Below, one piece after another: positions 34,993-44,343 of a stretch of 47,257 nucleotides of DNA. The stretch's first letter is position 1. Each line of letters opens with the position of its first letter. The position numbers were made by a program, and so were the translations under genes. Under the pieces are notes generated by a model. The model made no database searches. It had not been told where the DNA came from and saw only the letters and a program-made list of their open reading frames with translations. The stretch comes from an uncultured Bacilli bacterium (GTDB taxonomy: Bacteria; Bacillota_I; Bacilli_A; RF39; UBA660): assembly GCA_944358135.1 (NCBI GenBank), contig CALVQN010000002.1:1-47257 (forward strand), written 5' to 3'.

Positions 34993-36925
34993 TAAAAATT
35001 ATTTTAAAGAAAATATTAGAAAATCAAAAGGATTACTAGCATTTTTCTTTGGAGTAGTTCCTTTAATTAATATATTAATATTTATTGTAGTTTTATCAAG
35101 TGGAAACAGCACACTAGTAGATTTTAATAGTATAAGTATAGTAACATATTTAGGTTTATTTTTCATTCCTATTGTTCTATCAATATCTTTATTCGGTTTT
35201 ATTTTTAAGAAAAAGAGTGTCGACTTTGTTATGTCTAAACCGATTAGTAGAAAAAGCATATTTCTAACAAACACAATAGGAGGAATAGCTCTAATTATTT
35301 TATTTATGCTGATTAACACCTTAATTTGTGGCTTATTTTCTTTGATATCAGCAAATTTAGTGATACCATTTAATCTATTATTAGATTACTTTATATTTTG
35401 GACAGTTTCTTATATTTTCTTATTTATTGTATCTAATTTATGTGTTTCTTTAGCAGGAAATTTTATCATGAGTATAATCCTCATTTTAATTGTAATTTGC
35501 CTCATTCCTTTTTTAGGATTTACTAGATATTTCTTTAGTGATTATTATAACTATGATAACTATATTAAATGCACAGATGAAGAATGTATTCCTGACAATT
35601 ATTACTGCTATGATAATGAAAATTGTATAGAGCATTTATCTAATGATGAATACAGCCTATCTTTTTCTAAAGAATTTACCCATAATTATCCAGCTCCTTT
35701 ATTAAGCACAGATGCTACAGGAACTTTATATAATGGAATAAGTTTAATAAAAATGATTATTTTAAGTATAATTTATGCTATTATAGGTTATTTTATCTTT
35801 AAACGCAGAAAGATGGAAAACAATGAAACTGATTTCCGCAGTGAATTTGCTCATTATTTAGTAAAGACAATAACTTTAATTCCAGTATGTTTATTAACTT
35901 ATTTGGTACTATTAGAAACAGATGCTATAGGCTGGTTAATTGCTCTAGCAATAGTAATCATTTATTATATTGTTTATGATTTGATTGTAAGAAGAGAAAT
36001 ATATAAATTAAGAAAATCCTTACTTATTGCTTTAATTTCCTTTGGAATAATTACTGGAGTATATGCCAGTTGGGATTCTTTAAGTAGTAAAAGTACGACA
36101 ATAGAAAAAGTTGATAAAATTATTCTTAACTCTAATTGGGATAATCTAGAGATTACTAATACTTCATTAATTAACCAAGTTATAAAAACTTCTTTAGAGT
36201 CATCAGAAGTTTATTATGTTACTGATGCAACTATGATTAGTGGTAATAAATCTTACTCATTTATGATTGTGGTAACAAGTGAATTAGAGTCAATGCTTGA
36301 TCAACTAGTAATAGAAGATAATAAAAAGAAACTAGAAGAGTTTAATTATAACAGCATAGATTATATAGATTATCAAAATACTAAAATACCTGTAACTAAT
36401 GAGATAAAATCTTTATTAAAAGATAATTTAGACAGTATAGTAGATAATTATAATGAAAACTCAAGTTTAATGACAATCTATGATTATAATAACCATCAAT
36501 ATCAAAAATTATCAATTCCTGTTCGTAGTAATGCTGAATTATATAACATAGTGATTAGTTATCAAAATGAAGAATTTATGAAAAAATTAGAAAAATATAA
36601 AGGAAGTTTAGATCTAAACTTAAATGTAGAAAATTATGAAATATTTACTGAAGAAGATGTTTATGTATTTAGTTATGTAATTAACAGCAACAAAGAAGCT
36701 TTTATTAAGTATATGAATACCGAAAATGATATTGATATGAATGGAGATAATGCTTCAATTGGTTTATATATAAATAATTATATAAGAGGGTCTATTAGTG
36801 ATTTAACAGAGTTTAAAAAAGAATTTGATACTTATAAAGAAAATATCAAAGATAATGCAGAATATCAAAGCTTATTAAATGAATATAAAGAAATGAAGCT
36901 TTTAGAGGATTCCTATGAACATTAA
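34970..36925 (+). CDS. ABC-2-type permease-like membrane protein with a large C-terminal soluble domain
   Basis: It overlaps the ATPase gene. About 8 TM helices lie in the first 370 aa or so, followed by a hydrophilic domain of about 280 aa with no recognisable motif. Confidence 0.55.
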   Translation: MNLKAFFNKNYFKENIRKSKGLLAFFFGVVPLINILIFIVVLSSGNSTLVDFNSISIVTYLGLFFIPIVLSISLFGFIFKKKSVDFVMSKPISRKSIFLTNTIGGIALIILFMLINTLICGLFSLISANLVIPFNLLLDYFIFWTVSYIFLFIVSNLCVSLAGNFIMSIILILIVICLIPFLGFTRYFFSDYYNYDNYIKCTDEECIPDNYYCYDNENCIEHLSNDEYSLSFSKEFTHNYPAPLLSTDATGTLYNGISLIKMIILSIIYAIIGYFIFKRRKMENNETDFRSEFAHYLVKTITLIPVCLLTYLVLLETDAIGWLIALAIVIIYYIVYDLIVRREIYKLRKSLLIALISFGIITGVYASWDSLSSKSTTIEKVDKIILNSNWDNLEITNTSLINQVIKTSLESSEVYYVTDATMISGNKSYSFMIVVTSELESMLDQLVIEDNKKKLEEFNYNSIDYIDYQNTKIPVTNEIKSLLKDNLDSIVDNYNENSSLMTIYDYNNHQYQKLSIPVRSNAELYNIVISYQNEEFMKKLEKYKGSLDLNLNVENYEIFTEEDVYVFSYVINSNKEAFIKYMNTENDIDMNGDNASIGLYINNYIRGSISDLTEFKKEFDTYKENIKDNAEYQSLLNEYKEMKLLEDSYEH

Positions 36926-37268
36926 TATTGACTATGGAAAAAGAGAACCGATCTATGAGCAAATAGTAAAAGAAATAGAAAAGCAAATTACACTAGGAGT
37001 TTTAAAACCAGATGAACAAATTCCTAGTGTACGCACTCTTGCTTATGATCTGGGAATAAACCCTAATACAGTAAAAAAAGCTTATGATATTCTAGAAGAA
37101 AATGGCCTAATTATTTCTAAATCTACGAAAGGAACATTTATCGGAAATAACATTAAACAAGCCAAAGAGCAAAAAGTAGAAGAATTAATTTCTAAAATTA
37201 ATGATTTAGTAAGCGAATTAAAAAATTATGAAATAACCAAAGAAGAAATAATAAAAAGGATGAAGTAA
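36915..37268 (+). CDS. GntR-family transcriptional regulator, YtrA subfamily
   Basis: 117 aa. PIYEQI...I...I..G.L....IPSVRTLA.DLGINPNTV.KAY..LE..G.I, then the short helical C-terminus typical of YtrA. Confidence 0.85.
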   Translation: MNINIDYGKREPIYEQIVKEIEKQITLGVLKPDEQIPSVRTLAYDLGINPNTVKKAYDILEENGLIISKSTKGTFIGNNIKQAKEQKVEELISKINDLVSELKNYEITKEEIIKRMK

Positions 37269-37269
37269 T

Positions 37270-38469
37270 ATGATTATAGTATATAATATAGTAATGGTTC
37301 TATGTCTTTTATTTAGTATTTATTTTATCACAACTTCTCTTTTTACTTTTAAAAAGTTGAAAAAGAAAATAAAAGATAACAAAATACACAAATTTGGAAT
37401 CTTAATTCCTTGTCGAAACGAAGAAGAAGTAATTGGTGATATTATTGACAGTGTTTATAATTTAAAGTATCCCAAAGATTTATATGATTGTATTGTAATA
37501 CCGAATAATTGCACAGACCAAACAAGAGACATTGCCTTAAAGAAAAAAGCAAGAATTATCGATGTAGATATTCCCGTAAAAACAAAAGGGGAAGTCTTAA
37601 AATATACATTTGATTATTTAAAAAGTGAAGATTATGATGCTTATATTATTTTTGATGCTGATAATTTAATTGATGAAAATTTTTTACAACATATGAATGA
37701 AGCATTAAATGAAGGATATTTAGTAGCTCAAGGATTCCGCGATGCCAAAAATCCAAGTGATAATTATTTAACAGGAAGTTACACGATGTTTTATTATTTG
37801 CAAAATTTCTTTTTAAACAGATCTCGTCGCAATTTAGGAGCATCGGCGGTCATCAACGGGACAGGCTTTTGCGTAAAAAAAGAAGTGATTGAAGAATATG
37901 GTTTTAATGTAAAAACTTTAACAGAAGACAGTGAATTCACTGGACTATGCGCTCTTAATCAAGTGAAAATTGCTTATGTAGAGGATGCCATAACTTATGA
38001 TGAACATCCAACTAGTTTTAAAACTAGCTGGAATCAAAGAAAAAGATGGAGTAGTGGATGTTTTGCTTGCTTAGAAAGATTAGGGAGAAGTTTATGGAAA
38101 AAGGGAAATTTTATTTCTTTAGACTGTTTATTATATTATCTATCTCCCTTAGTACAAATTACATCTTTTATCTTACCGCTTCTATTATGTATATTTAAAT
38201 TTTTAAAAGGATTAATGAATAATACCATAGTAGTTGATTTATCTAGTCTATATTTTTTCATTATATTATATATTGGCAGTATTATTATTAATATCTTTGT
38301 AGTAAAAATGCTTCATAAGAAGATTAAAGATCATTACAAAGGAATATTTGGTTTTTCCTTCTTTATTCTCACATGGATTCCAATAAATATTCTCTGCTTA
38401 TTTAAAAAAACGAAAAAGTGGGAACAAGTTAAACACACAAAAGCGATTAGCATAAAAATTATGGAATAG
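37270..38469 (+). CDS. Family 2 glycosyltransferase, processive-synthase type
   Basis: N-terminal TM helix, IPCRNEE, FDADN, TEDSEF and QRKRWSSG (QxxRW). Three to four C-terminal TM helices. Confidence 0.8.
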   Translation: MIIVYNIVMVLCLLFSIYFITTSLFTFKKLKKKIKDNKIHKFGILIPCRNEEEVIGDIIDSVYNLKYPKDLYDCIVIPNNCTDQTRDIALKKKARIIDVDIPVKTKGEVLKYTFDYLKSEDYDAYIIFDADNLIDENFLQHMNEALNEGYLVAQGFRDAKNPSDNYLTGSYTMFYYLQNFFLNRSRRNLGASAVINGTGFCVKKEVIEEYGFNVKTLTEDSEFTGLCALNQVKIAYVEDAITYDEHPTSFKTSWNQRKRWSSGCFACLERLGRSLWKKGNFISLDCLLYYLSPLVQITSFILPLLLCIFKFLKGLMNNTIVVDLSSLYFFIILYIGSIIINIFVVKMLHKKIKDHYKGIFGFSFFILTWIPINILCLFKKTKKWEQVKHTKAISIKIME

Positions 38470-38515
38470 ATTCGACATTTTTTTTGATAACTAAAACTTT
38501 TTTCATATTTAAGAG

Positions 38516-38543
38516 TTGACTAAAGCTAGATTTTTGATATAAT
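38516..38543 (+). promoter_or_regulatory. Near-consensus SigA promoter of the pilin gene
   Basis: TTGACT (38516-38521), a 16-nt spacer ending in TGA, then TATAAT (38538-38543). Confidence 0.55.
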
Positions 38544-38563
38544 TATTCTAGAAGGTGACAATT

Positions 38564-38986
38564 ATGAATTTAAATAAAAAAGGTTTTACATTAGTGGAAT
38601 TATTAAGTGTAATTGTAATTTTATCTGTTATTGTTTTAATTGCAACGAACGCTGTAGTTCCAATGGCAGATAGTGCTAGAAAACAAGTACTTGCAATGGA
38701 AGCGAATACTTTAGTTACAGCAGCACAAACTTTATATGTCCAAAACAATGCTTCAGGATCTGCTTGTTATACATATGATGAATTAATTAATTCAGGATTA
38801 ATAGAAAAAGATGATGAATCTTATACAGGAAGTATTTCTATTGAGGTAGACGGTAGTGGAAATTATTCATATAAAATATGGTTATCTAATGGACAATATA
38901 TTGTTAATGGTGTTTCTCCAGATGTAACTAGTGATAATGTAGAGGCATCAGCAGAAAGTGCATCTACAGTATGTGGAGTTAATTAA
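38564..38986 (+). CDS. Prepilin-type (type IV pilin / ComGC-like) protein
   Basis: MNLNKKGFTLVELLSVIVILSVI is a class III signal peptide with the G/F cleavage site and Glu at +5. ATG at 38564 after AAGGTGA. Confidence 0.8.
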   Translation: MNLNKKGFTLVELLSVIVILSVIVLIATNAVVPMADSARKQVLAMEANTLVTAAQTLYVQNNASGSACYTYDELINSGLIEKDDESYTGSISIEVDGSGNYSYKIWLSNGQYIVNGVSPDVTSDNVEASAESASTVCGVN

Positions 38987-39012
38987 TCTAGTTTAAAGCT
39001 AGATTTTTTTTT
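38985..39012 (+). terminator. Rho-independent terminator after the pilin gene
   Basis: AATCTAG pairs with CTAGATT, followed by a T8 run. Confidence 0.65.
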
Positions 39013-39044
39013 GAAATTATTGTATACTGAATTAGGTGATAAAA

Positions 39045-39974
39045 ATGATTATAGGTTCACATGTATCTTTTGGGAAAGAAGGTCTACTTGGAAGTGTAAA
39101 AGAAGCTTTAAGTTACGGGGCAAATACATTTATGTTTTATACAGGAGCTCCTCAAAATACTTTAAGAAAGCCAATAGATAAAACAAGTACTTTAGAAGCC
39201 CAAAAATTAATGGAAGAAAATAATATAGATATCAATACCGTAATATGTCATGCCCCATATATTGTAAATTTAGCCAATAACCTAGATGAAAGAAAATATG
39301 ATTTTAGTATTAATTTTTTATTAGGAGAAATCAAAAGATGTGAAGAGATGGGAATAAAATACATTGTTCTTCATCCAGGATCTAGTGTAGGAATTGAACG
39401 CTCCATTGCTTTAGACAATATTGTTTTTGCTTTAAATCAAGTATTGAAAGAGGCAACTTCGACAATGATTCTTCTTGAGACAATGGCAGGAAAGGGTACA
39501 GAAATAGGATGTAATTTAGATGAAATAAAATATTTAATTGAGCATGTTGAAAGAAAGGAATTCATAGGGGTATGTATAGATACATGCCATTTAAATGATG
39601 CTGGATATGATATGACTAAATTTAATGATTTTCTAAATGTGTTTAATGAGAAAATTGGTCTAAATTATCTTAAATGTGTTCATGTAAATGATAGCAAAAA
39701 TCCTCTTGGAGCTCATAAAGATCGCCATGCTAATATTGGTTATGGAACTCTTGGATTTGACACATTGATAAAAATCATTAATCATGAATCATTAAAAGAT
39801 ATTCCAAAAATTCTAGAAACTCCCTATATAGGAGACATTGATGAAGACACAGCAAGAATATATCCTCCATATAAATTTGAAATAGCCATGATTAAAGAAG
39901 GAATATTTAATCCTAATATGATGAATGATATTAGAGCTTTTTATCAAGAAAAAGACAAAGTAAAAGGTCTGTAG
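39045..39974 (+). CDS. nfo: Deoxyribonuclease IV (endonuclease IV)
   Basis: IGSHVS, HAPYI.NL, VLHPGS, LE.MAGKG.E.G, CIDTCH, and HVNDSKN..G..KDRH..IG.G motifs. Confidence 0.85.
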   Translation: MIIGSHVSFGKEGLLGSVKEALSYGANTFMFYTGAPQNTLRKPIDKTSTLEAQKLMEENNIDINTVICHAPYIVNLANNLDERKYDFSINFLLGEIKRCEEMGIKYIVLHPGSSVGIERSIALDNIVFALNQVLKEATSTMILLETMAGKGTEIGCNLDEIKYLIEHVERKEFIGVCIDTCHLNDAGYDMTKFNDFLNVFNEKIGLNYLKCVHVNDSKNPLGAHKDRHANIGYGTLGFDTLIKIINHESLKDIPKILETPYIGDIDEDTARIYPPYKFEIAMIKEGIFNPNMMNDIRAFYQEKDKVKGL

Positions 39975-39997
39975 GGAACATCTTACAGACCTGTTTT
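39965..39997. terminator. Bidirectional terminator between nfo and the Rpn-family gene
   Basis: AGGTCTGTA pairs with TACAGACCT around a 10-nt loop, followed by GTTTTATTTT. Confidence 0.6.
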
Positions 39998-40826
39998 ATT
40001 TTATATTTTCAATTTCTTCTTGTGATAAGCCAGTTACATTAACTATATCCTTTATAGACATATTCATTTTAAGAAGATTTCTAGCTGCTTTAATCAGTTT
40101 TTGATGTTCTTCAAGCCTTCCTTCTTCTTTAGCATAGTATTCAATATCGGTTATTTTATCAAACTCATCTTGTAGTTCTTCATCATTTAAGAAATCTTCC
40201 ATTAATCTTATTGCACTTTCCATTACTTCATCCTCCTTTGCAATATTTTTTAGTTCCTTCATATCTTTAGCATTAATCATTTTAAGCCACCTTACAAATC
40301 TTTCTTCTTTATCTTGATTGTATACGATATCCTTGATTTTGTCAAGTTTGATAAAGTACATCTCTAAACACCCATTATGGGTTACTTGATAATCAAACTT
40401 ATCAATAAGTGAATAATCATTAATTAAAGATCGATTAGATTCATAATAGTTTGTTTTAATAATATTAAGGCTTGTTATTTTTTTAGCATTCTGATAATTT
40501 TTACCCCGTTTAAACTGATTAGAAAATTTTCTAGAGATATAAGCCATACTTTTATTAAATTCTCTTAAACTAAATTTTTTGTACATTTCAATAGACATTA
40601 TTTTTTCATGTTCAAGATAAGCCATAATATCTCCATAATAAAGTTTGTATTTTCTTTTATCTCCACTAATTCTTTCATCCGTATTTACTCTGATTTTAAC
40701 AACACTTTTATTTTCCTTGATAAAATGAAAGAAAGAATTAAGAAAATCAATTAAAATAGTTTCATTACTAAAAATATGTTTAAAGGTTGAGTCATCAGAT
40801 AAGCCTAAAAATGCATTCTTTTCCAT
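39996..40826 (-). CDS. Rpn-family recombination-promoting nuclease / PD-(D/E)XK putative transposase
   Basis: The real start is the ATG at 40826 (RBS GAAAGGAGAAAG). DDSTFKHIFSNE..LIDFLN, D......YLEHEKIMSIEMYKK, and a C-terminal helical region ending LSQEEIENI resemble the PDDEXK_2/Rpn family. Confidence 0.65.
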   Translation of the reverse strand: MEKNAFLGLSDDSTFKHIFSNETILIDFLNSFFHFIKENKSVVKIRVNTDERISGDKRKYKLYYGDIMAYLEHEKIMSIEMYKKFSLREFNKSMAYISRKFSNQFKRGKNYQNAKKITSLNIIKTNYYESNRSLINDYSLIDKFDYQVTHNGCLEMYFIKLDKIKDIVYNQDKEERFVRWLKMINAKDMKELKNIAKEDEVMESAIRLMEDFLNDEELQDEFDKITDIEYYAKEEGRLEEHQKLIKAARNLLKMNMSIKDIVNVTGLSQEEIENIK

Positions 40827-41050
40827 AAACTTTCTCCTTTCTAGAAGCACTATACTAAAAAGGGAAAAGTAAGTCAAATTGCCAATTTTATCAATTTCAA
40901 AGATCAAATTAACAATTTGCTGTATGAAATTAATAAATTGATGTATGAAATAGCCAAAAGGTAGAGTGAAATTAATAGAATTAGTAAATTTTAAAAAAAT
41001 AGTAATTTGTTGCAAAATTTGTTGAAAAGAAAAAACTTCTTAAAAAGAAG

Positions 41051-41311
41051 TTAAATAAGTGAAGAATAGCGAGCACTATATTCTAGAAATAATCTTTTAA
41101 TTTTTTCAAAATTTTCTGCACTAAAACGATCTTTATATCGATCTAAGTTAAGTAATTGAGGATTTCTTATCACTTGTTCCCAATTCTTTTTGATAAAATC
41201 ATAGACAAAATTTAATTCTTCTAAACTTAAATGAATATTTTTACTAATAGCAAAACTATTCACATCTTCTATCGTCATTCTTCCCATATAAGCTTTAATT
41301 AAATTATACAT
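41051..41311 (-). CDS. Small helical hypothetical protein (possibly DUF2624-like)
   Basis: 86 aa. The domain assignment is only a recollection-level resemblance. Confidence 0.4.
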   Translation of the reverse strand: MYNLIKAYMGRMTIEDVNSFAISKNIHLSLEELNFVYDFIKKNWEQVIRNPQLLNLDRYKDRFSAENFEKIKRLFLEYSARYSSLI

Positions 41312-41372
41312 GATATCACCTAATATATTGTATGAAAAGTTTATTTTTTTAAATACTAATAATGGTGATTTT

Positions 41373-43334
41373 ATGCCAAAAAAGGTATTTATTTTTGTAA
41401 GTATTCTAGGTCTTATTTTTATTTTATTTTTATATCGTGTATATTCGCTAGCTTATCAAAATAAAGATTATTATTTAAACAAAGCTAGAAGTATTAATGA
41501 AGTCTATGTAACAGGGTCTACTGCACCAAGAGGAAGAATCCTAGATATTAATGGGAATGTTTTAGTAGATAATATAGGAGTAAATACAATTTATTATCAT
41601 AAACCATCAGGAGTAACACTAAAAGAAGAACTAGTTATTGCCTTAAAACTTGCCGAATTAACTAATTATGAATATGAATATAATGAATCTTATTTAAAAG
41701 AGTTCTATTTAATTAAATATAGTACTAAAGCAGATTTATTAATTACTCCCGAGGAATATGAATTATATAATGAAAGAAAAATAACAAGTGAAGAACTAAA
41801 ACAAAGAAAATTAGAAAGAATTACTGAGGAAATGCTAAGTGAAATGAGTGAAGAAGAAAAATATAGCTCTTATTTTTATTATTTAATGAATGAAGGATAT
41901 AGTTATGATAATAAATGTTTAATAAGTGATGTAAGTGATGAGGTATATGCAAGCATTTTAGAAAGTGATTTACCAGGAATATTTGGAGAAATGGAGTGGT
42001 CTAGAGTATATTTATATGGGGATAGTTTAAAAACAGTTTTTGGCGAAATATCAAATAGTTTACCTGCTGAAAAAGAAGAATTATTAAAAAAAGGATATAG
42101 TCTAACAGACAAAGTAGGCATTAGTGGATTAGAAGAATATTATGAAGAGTATTTAAAAGGAGAAAAAGCAATATATAAAGTAGGAAAAGGAAATACTTTA
42201 GAGTTAGTGAGTGAAGCGAAAAGAGGAAATGATTTAATTTTAGAAATCGATATCAATATCCAAACAGAAGTAGAAAATATTATCAAAGAAGAAATGTTAA
42301 AAGCAAAGAAAACGGCGAATACAGAATTTTATAAAGAATCTTTTGCATTAGTAAGTGATCCTACAACAGGAGCTGTAAAAGCCATTGCAGGAATTCGCCT
42401 AATCACCAATGGTAAAAATTATTCTTTTCAAGATGTAAGTATTAACGTAATTAAAAACGCTTATACTGTCGGAAGTGCTGTAAAAGGAGCATCAATGACG
42501 GTTGGTTATGAACAAGAGATTATTGATATAGGTACGACAATGACAGATTCTTGTGTAAAACTTGCTAATATTCCTGCTAAATGTTCATTTAAAAGACTTG
42601 GAGTAGTAGATGATGTTGAAGCTCTAGCTATGAGTTCTAATTATTATCAATTTATTATTGCTTTAGGTATCATGGGCTACAATTACACATATAATATGAA
42701 AGCAGAAGCAACAGAAGAGAACTTCGAGCTTTATCGAGATACTTTTGCTAAATATGGCTTAGGTACTTCTACAGGAATAGATTTGCCTGGTGAAACTACT
42801 GGCCTAAAAGGAGAATTAGTAGCACCTGACCTCCTAATGAACTTAGCCATTGGCCAATATGATTTATATACACCAGTGGGAATGCTTCAATATATTAATA
42901 CGATAGCAAGCGGGGGTACAAGATTAAAATTAAGTTTAATGAACAGTATTAAGGATAATGATGAAATAATAGTAAAAAATGAAGTAGAGGTCTTAAATGA
43001 AGTAGGACTTGAAAACAAGTATATGGAAAGAATTCAAGAGGGATTTCATAGTGTAATGAAGCATGGTACAGGATACTGGTATATAAATCAAAATATAGAT
43101 GCAGCGGGAAAAACAGGAACAAGTGAATCTTATATTGATAGTGATTATGATGGTGTGTTAGAGTCTTATGTTTTAAGTAACAGCTTTCTTATGTATGCGC
43201 CCTATGATAATCCTAAGTATTCTATCGTCGTAATTAGTCCCAATATTAGAAATTTAAATAGTCCTAGTGACTATCAATCTCCTGTAAATCGCTTAATTGC
43301 TAGAAGTATCAACGATTTTCTCTTTTCAAGTTGA
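41373..43334 (+). CDS. Class B penicillin-binding protein (PBP2/SpoVD-type transpeptidase)
   Basis: ATG at 41373 gives an N-terminal TM anchor. Motifs RG.I.D.NG..L, the SxxK site (GSAVK) and KTGT(SE). Confidence 0.85.
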   Translation: MPKKVFIFVSILGLIFILFLYRVYSLAYQNKDYYLNKARSINEVYVTGSTAPRGRILDINGNVLVDNIGVNTIYYHKPSGVTLKEELVIALKLAELTNYEYEYNESYLKEFYLIKYSTKADLLITPEEYELYNERKITSEELKQRKLERITEEMLSEMSEEEKYSSYFYYLMNEGYSYDNKCLISDVSDEVYASILESDLPGIFGEMEWSRVYLYGDSLKTVFGEISNSLPAEKEELLKKGYSLTDKVGISGLEEYYEEYLKGEKAIYKVGKGNTLELVSEAKRGNDLILEIDINIQTEVENIIKEEMLKAKKTANTEFYKESFALVSDPTTGAVKAIAGIRLITNGKNYSFQDVSINVIKNAYTVGSAVKGASMTVGYEQEIIDIGTTMTDSCVKLANIPAKCSFKRLGVVDDVEALAMSSNYYQFIIALGIMGYNYTYNMKAEATEENFELYRDTFAKYGLGTSTGIDLPGETTGLKGELVAPDLLMNLAIGQYDLYTPVGMLQYINTIASGGTRLKLSLMNSIKDNDEIIVKNEVEVLNEVGLENKYMERIQEGFHSVMKHGTGYWYINQNIDAAGKTGTSESYIDSDYDGVLESYVLSNSFLMYAPYDNPKYSIVVISPNIRNLNSPSDYQSPVNRLIARSINDFLFSS

Positions 43335-43383
43335 TAAATTAATGATATAATACTACTAGCTTTTATTAAAGGAGGTGCTTTTC

Positions 43384-43548
43384 ATGGCTAAAAATGAAAG
43401 TAGAAATTATGTAATTTTAAAATGTACTGTATGTGGTGAAGAACTTAGATGTACAAGTAAAAACAAAAAGAATACTCCTGATCGTCTAGAAATAAAGAAG
43501 TATTGTCCAAAATGTCATAAACACCAAGTAGTTAGAGAAAAGAAGTAA
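43384..43548 (+). CDS. rpmG: 50S ribosomal protein L33 (absent from the supplied ORF track because it is under 60 aa)
   Basis: [54 protein letters not shown]. The pattern C..C....Y.T.KNKKNTP.RLE.KKYCP.C.KH is the L33 signature. RBS AAAGGAGGTG. Confidence 0.9.
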   Translation: MAKNESRNYVILKCTVCGEELRCTSKNKKNTPDRLEIKKYCPKCHKHQVVREKK

Positions 43549-43572
43549 TAAAATTAAGAAAGTGGTGTGAGG

Positions 43573-43740
43573 ATGAAAAAAAGAGTAAAACACAAATTAA
43601 AAAGAGTAGCAGGATTTCCAACTGTTGTTGCCATTTATGGACGTAAAAAAACAGATAATGTTAATCCGAATTTAACAACCAAATCAATGGCAAAACAAAG
43701 AAAAAGAACATTTGGAATATTTAAAAAGAGTGAGGAGTGA
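43573..43740 (+). CDS. Small, highly basic hypothetical protein (55 aa)
   Basis: MKKRVKHKLKRVAGFPTVVAIYGRKKTDNVNPNLTTKSMAKQRKRTFGIFKKSEE. It lies between rpmG and efp, and its stop is 4 nt before the efp GTG. The RBS is weak. Confidence 0.3.
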   Translation: MKKRVKHKLKRVAGFPTVVAIYGRKKTDNVNPNLTTKSMAKQRKRTFGIFKKSEE

Positions 43741-43744
43741 GATA

Positions 43745-44305
43745 GTGAATATTAATATTAATGATATAAAAAATGGTATGACCATTATCATGGATAACAA
43801 TTTATATCAAATAGTAGAATTTCAACATGTAAAACCAGGTAAAGGTTCAGCTTTTGTTAGAATGAAACTTCGTAACTTAAGAACTGGTTCTATTACTGAA
43901 GATACATACAATACCAATATTAAAATTGAAAAAGCTCATATAGATAGAATGCCAATGCAATATTTATATTCAGCTGGAGACAATTATGTATTTATGAACA
44001 ATGATACTTATGAACAAGTAGAAATTTCTACTAAAGTACTAGGTGATCAAGTAAAATTCATTAAAGAAGGAATGGATATTACAATTGATTATTATGAAGG
44101 AGAAATTCTAGGGATTACTTTACCAGAAAAAGTAGAATATGAAGTAATTGAAACAGAACCAGCTGTAAGAGGAAATACAACCAATAATGCAATGAAAGAT
44201 GCTAAGATTGAAACTGGTTATGTTGTAAAAGTACCACTATTTATTAATCAAGGAGAAAAAATAATTGTATCTACCAAAGATGGTAAATACTCATCTAGAG
44301 CTTAA
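43745..44305 (+). CDS. efp: Translation elongation factor P
   Basis: GTG at 43745, 7 nt after GAGGAG. Motifs NDIKNG, EFQHVKPGKGSAFVR.KLRNL.TG, and the C-terminal ETGYVVKVPLFI..GEKI.V.T..G.Y..RA. Confidence 0.9.
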   Translation: MNININDIKNGMTIIMDNNLYQIVEFQHVKPGKGSAFVRMKLRNLRTGSITEDTYNTNIKIEKAHIDRMPMQYLYSAGDNYVFMNNDTYEQVEISTKVLGDQVKFIKEGMDITIDYYEGEILGITLPEKVEYEVIETEPAVRGNTTNNAMKDAKIETGYVVKVPLFINQGEKIIVSTKDGKYSSRA

Positions 44306-44343
44306 ATTTTACAATTTAAGTTTTTTTAGTAAGGAAAACAAAA

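Noticed and set aside
40827-41015. The 63-codon N-terminal extension of the Rpn-family ORF given in the track (start at 41015).
   Set aside because: The extension is F/I/N-rich with no homology-like features. A strong RBS (GAAAGGAGAAAG) precedes the internal ATG at 40826, which gives the family-typical N-terminus.
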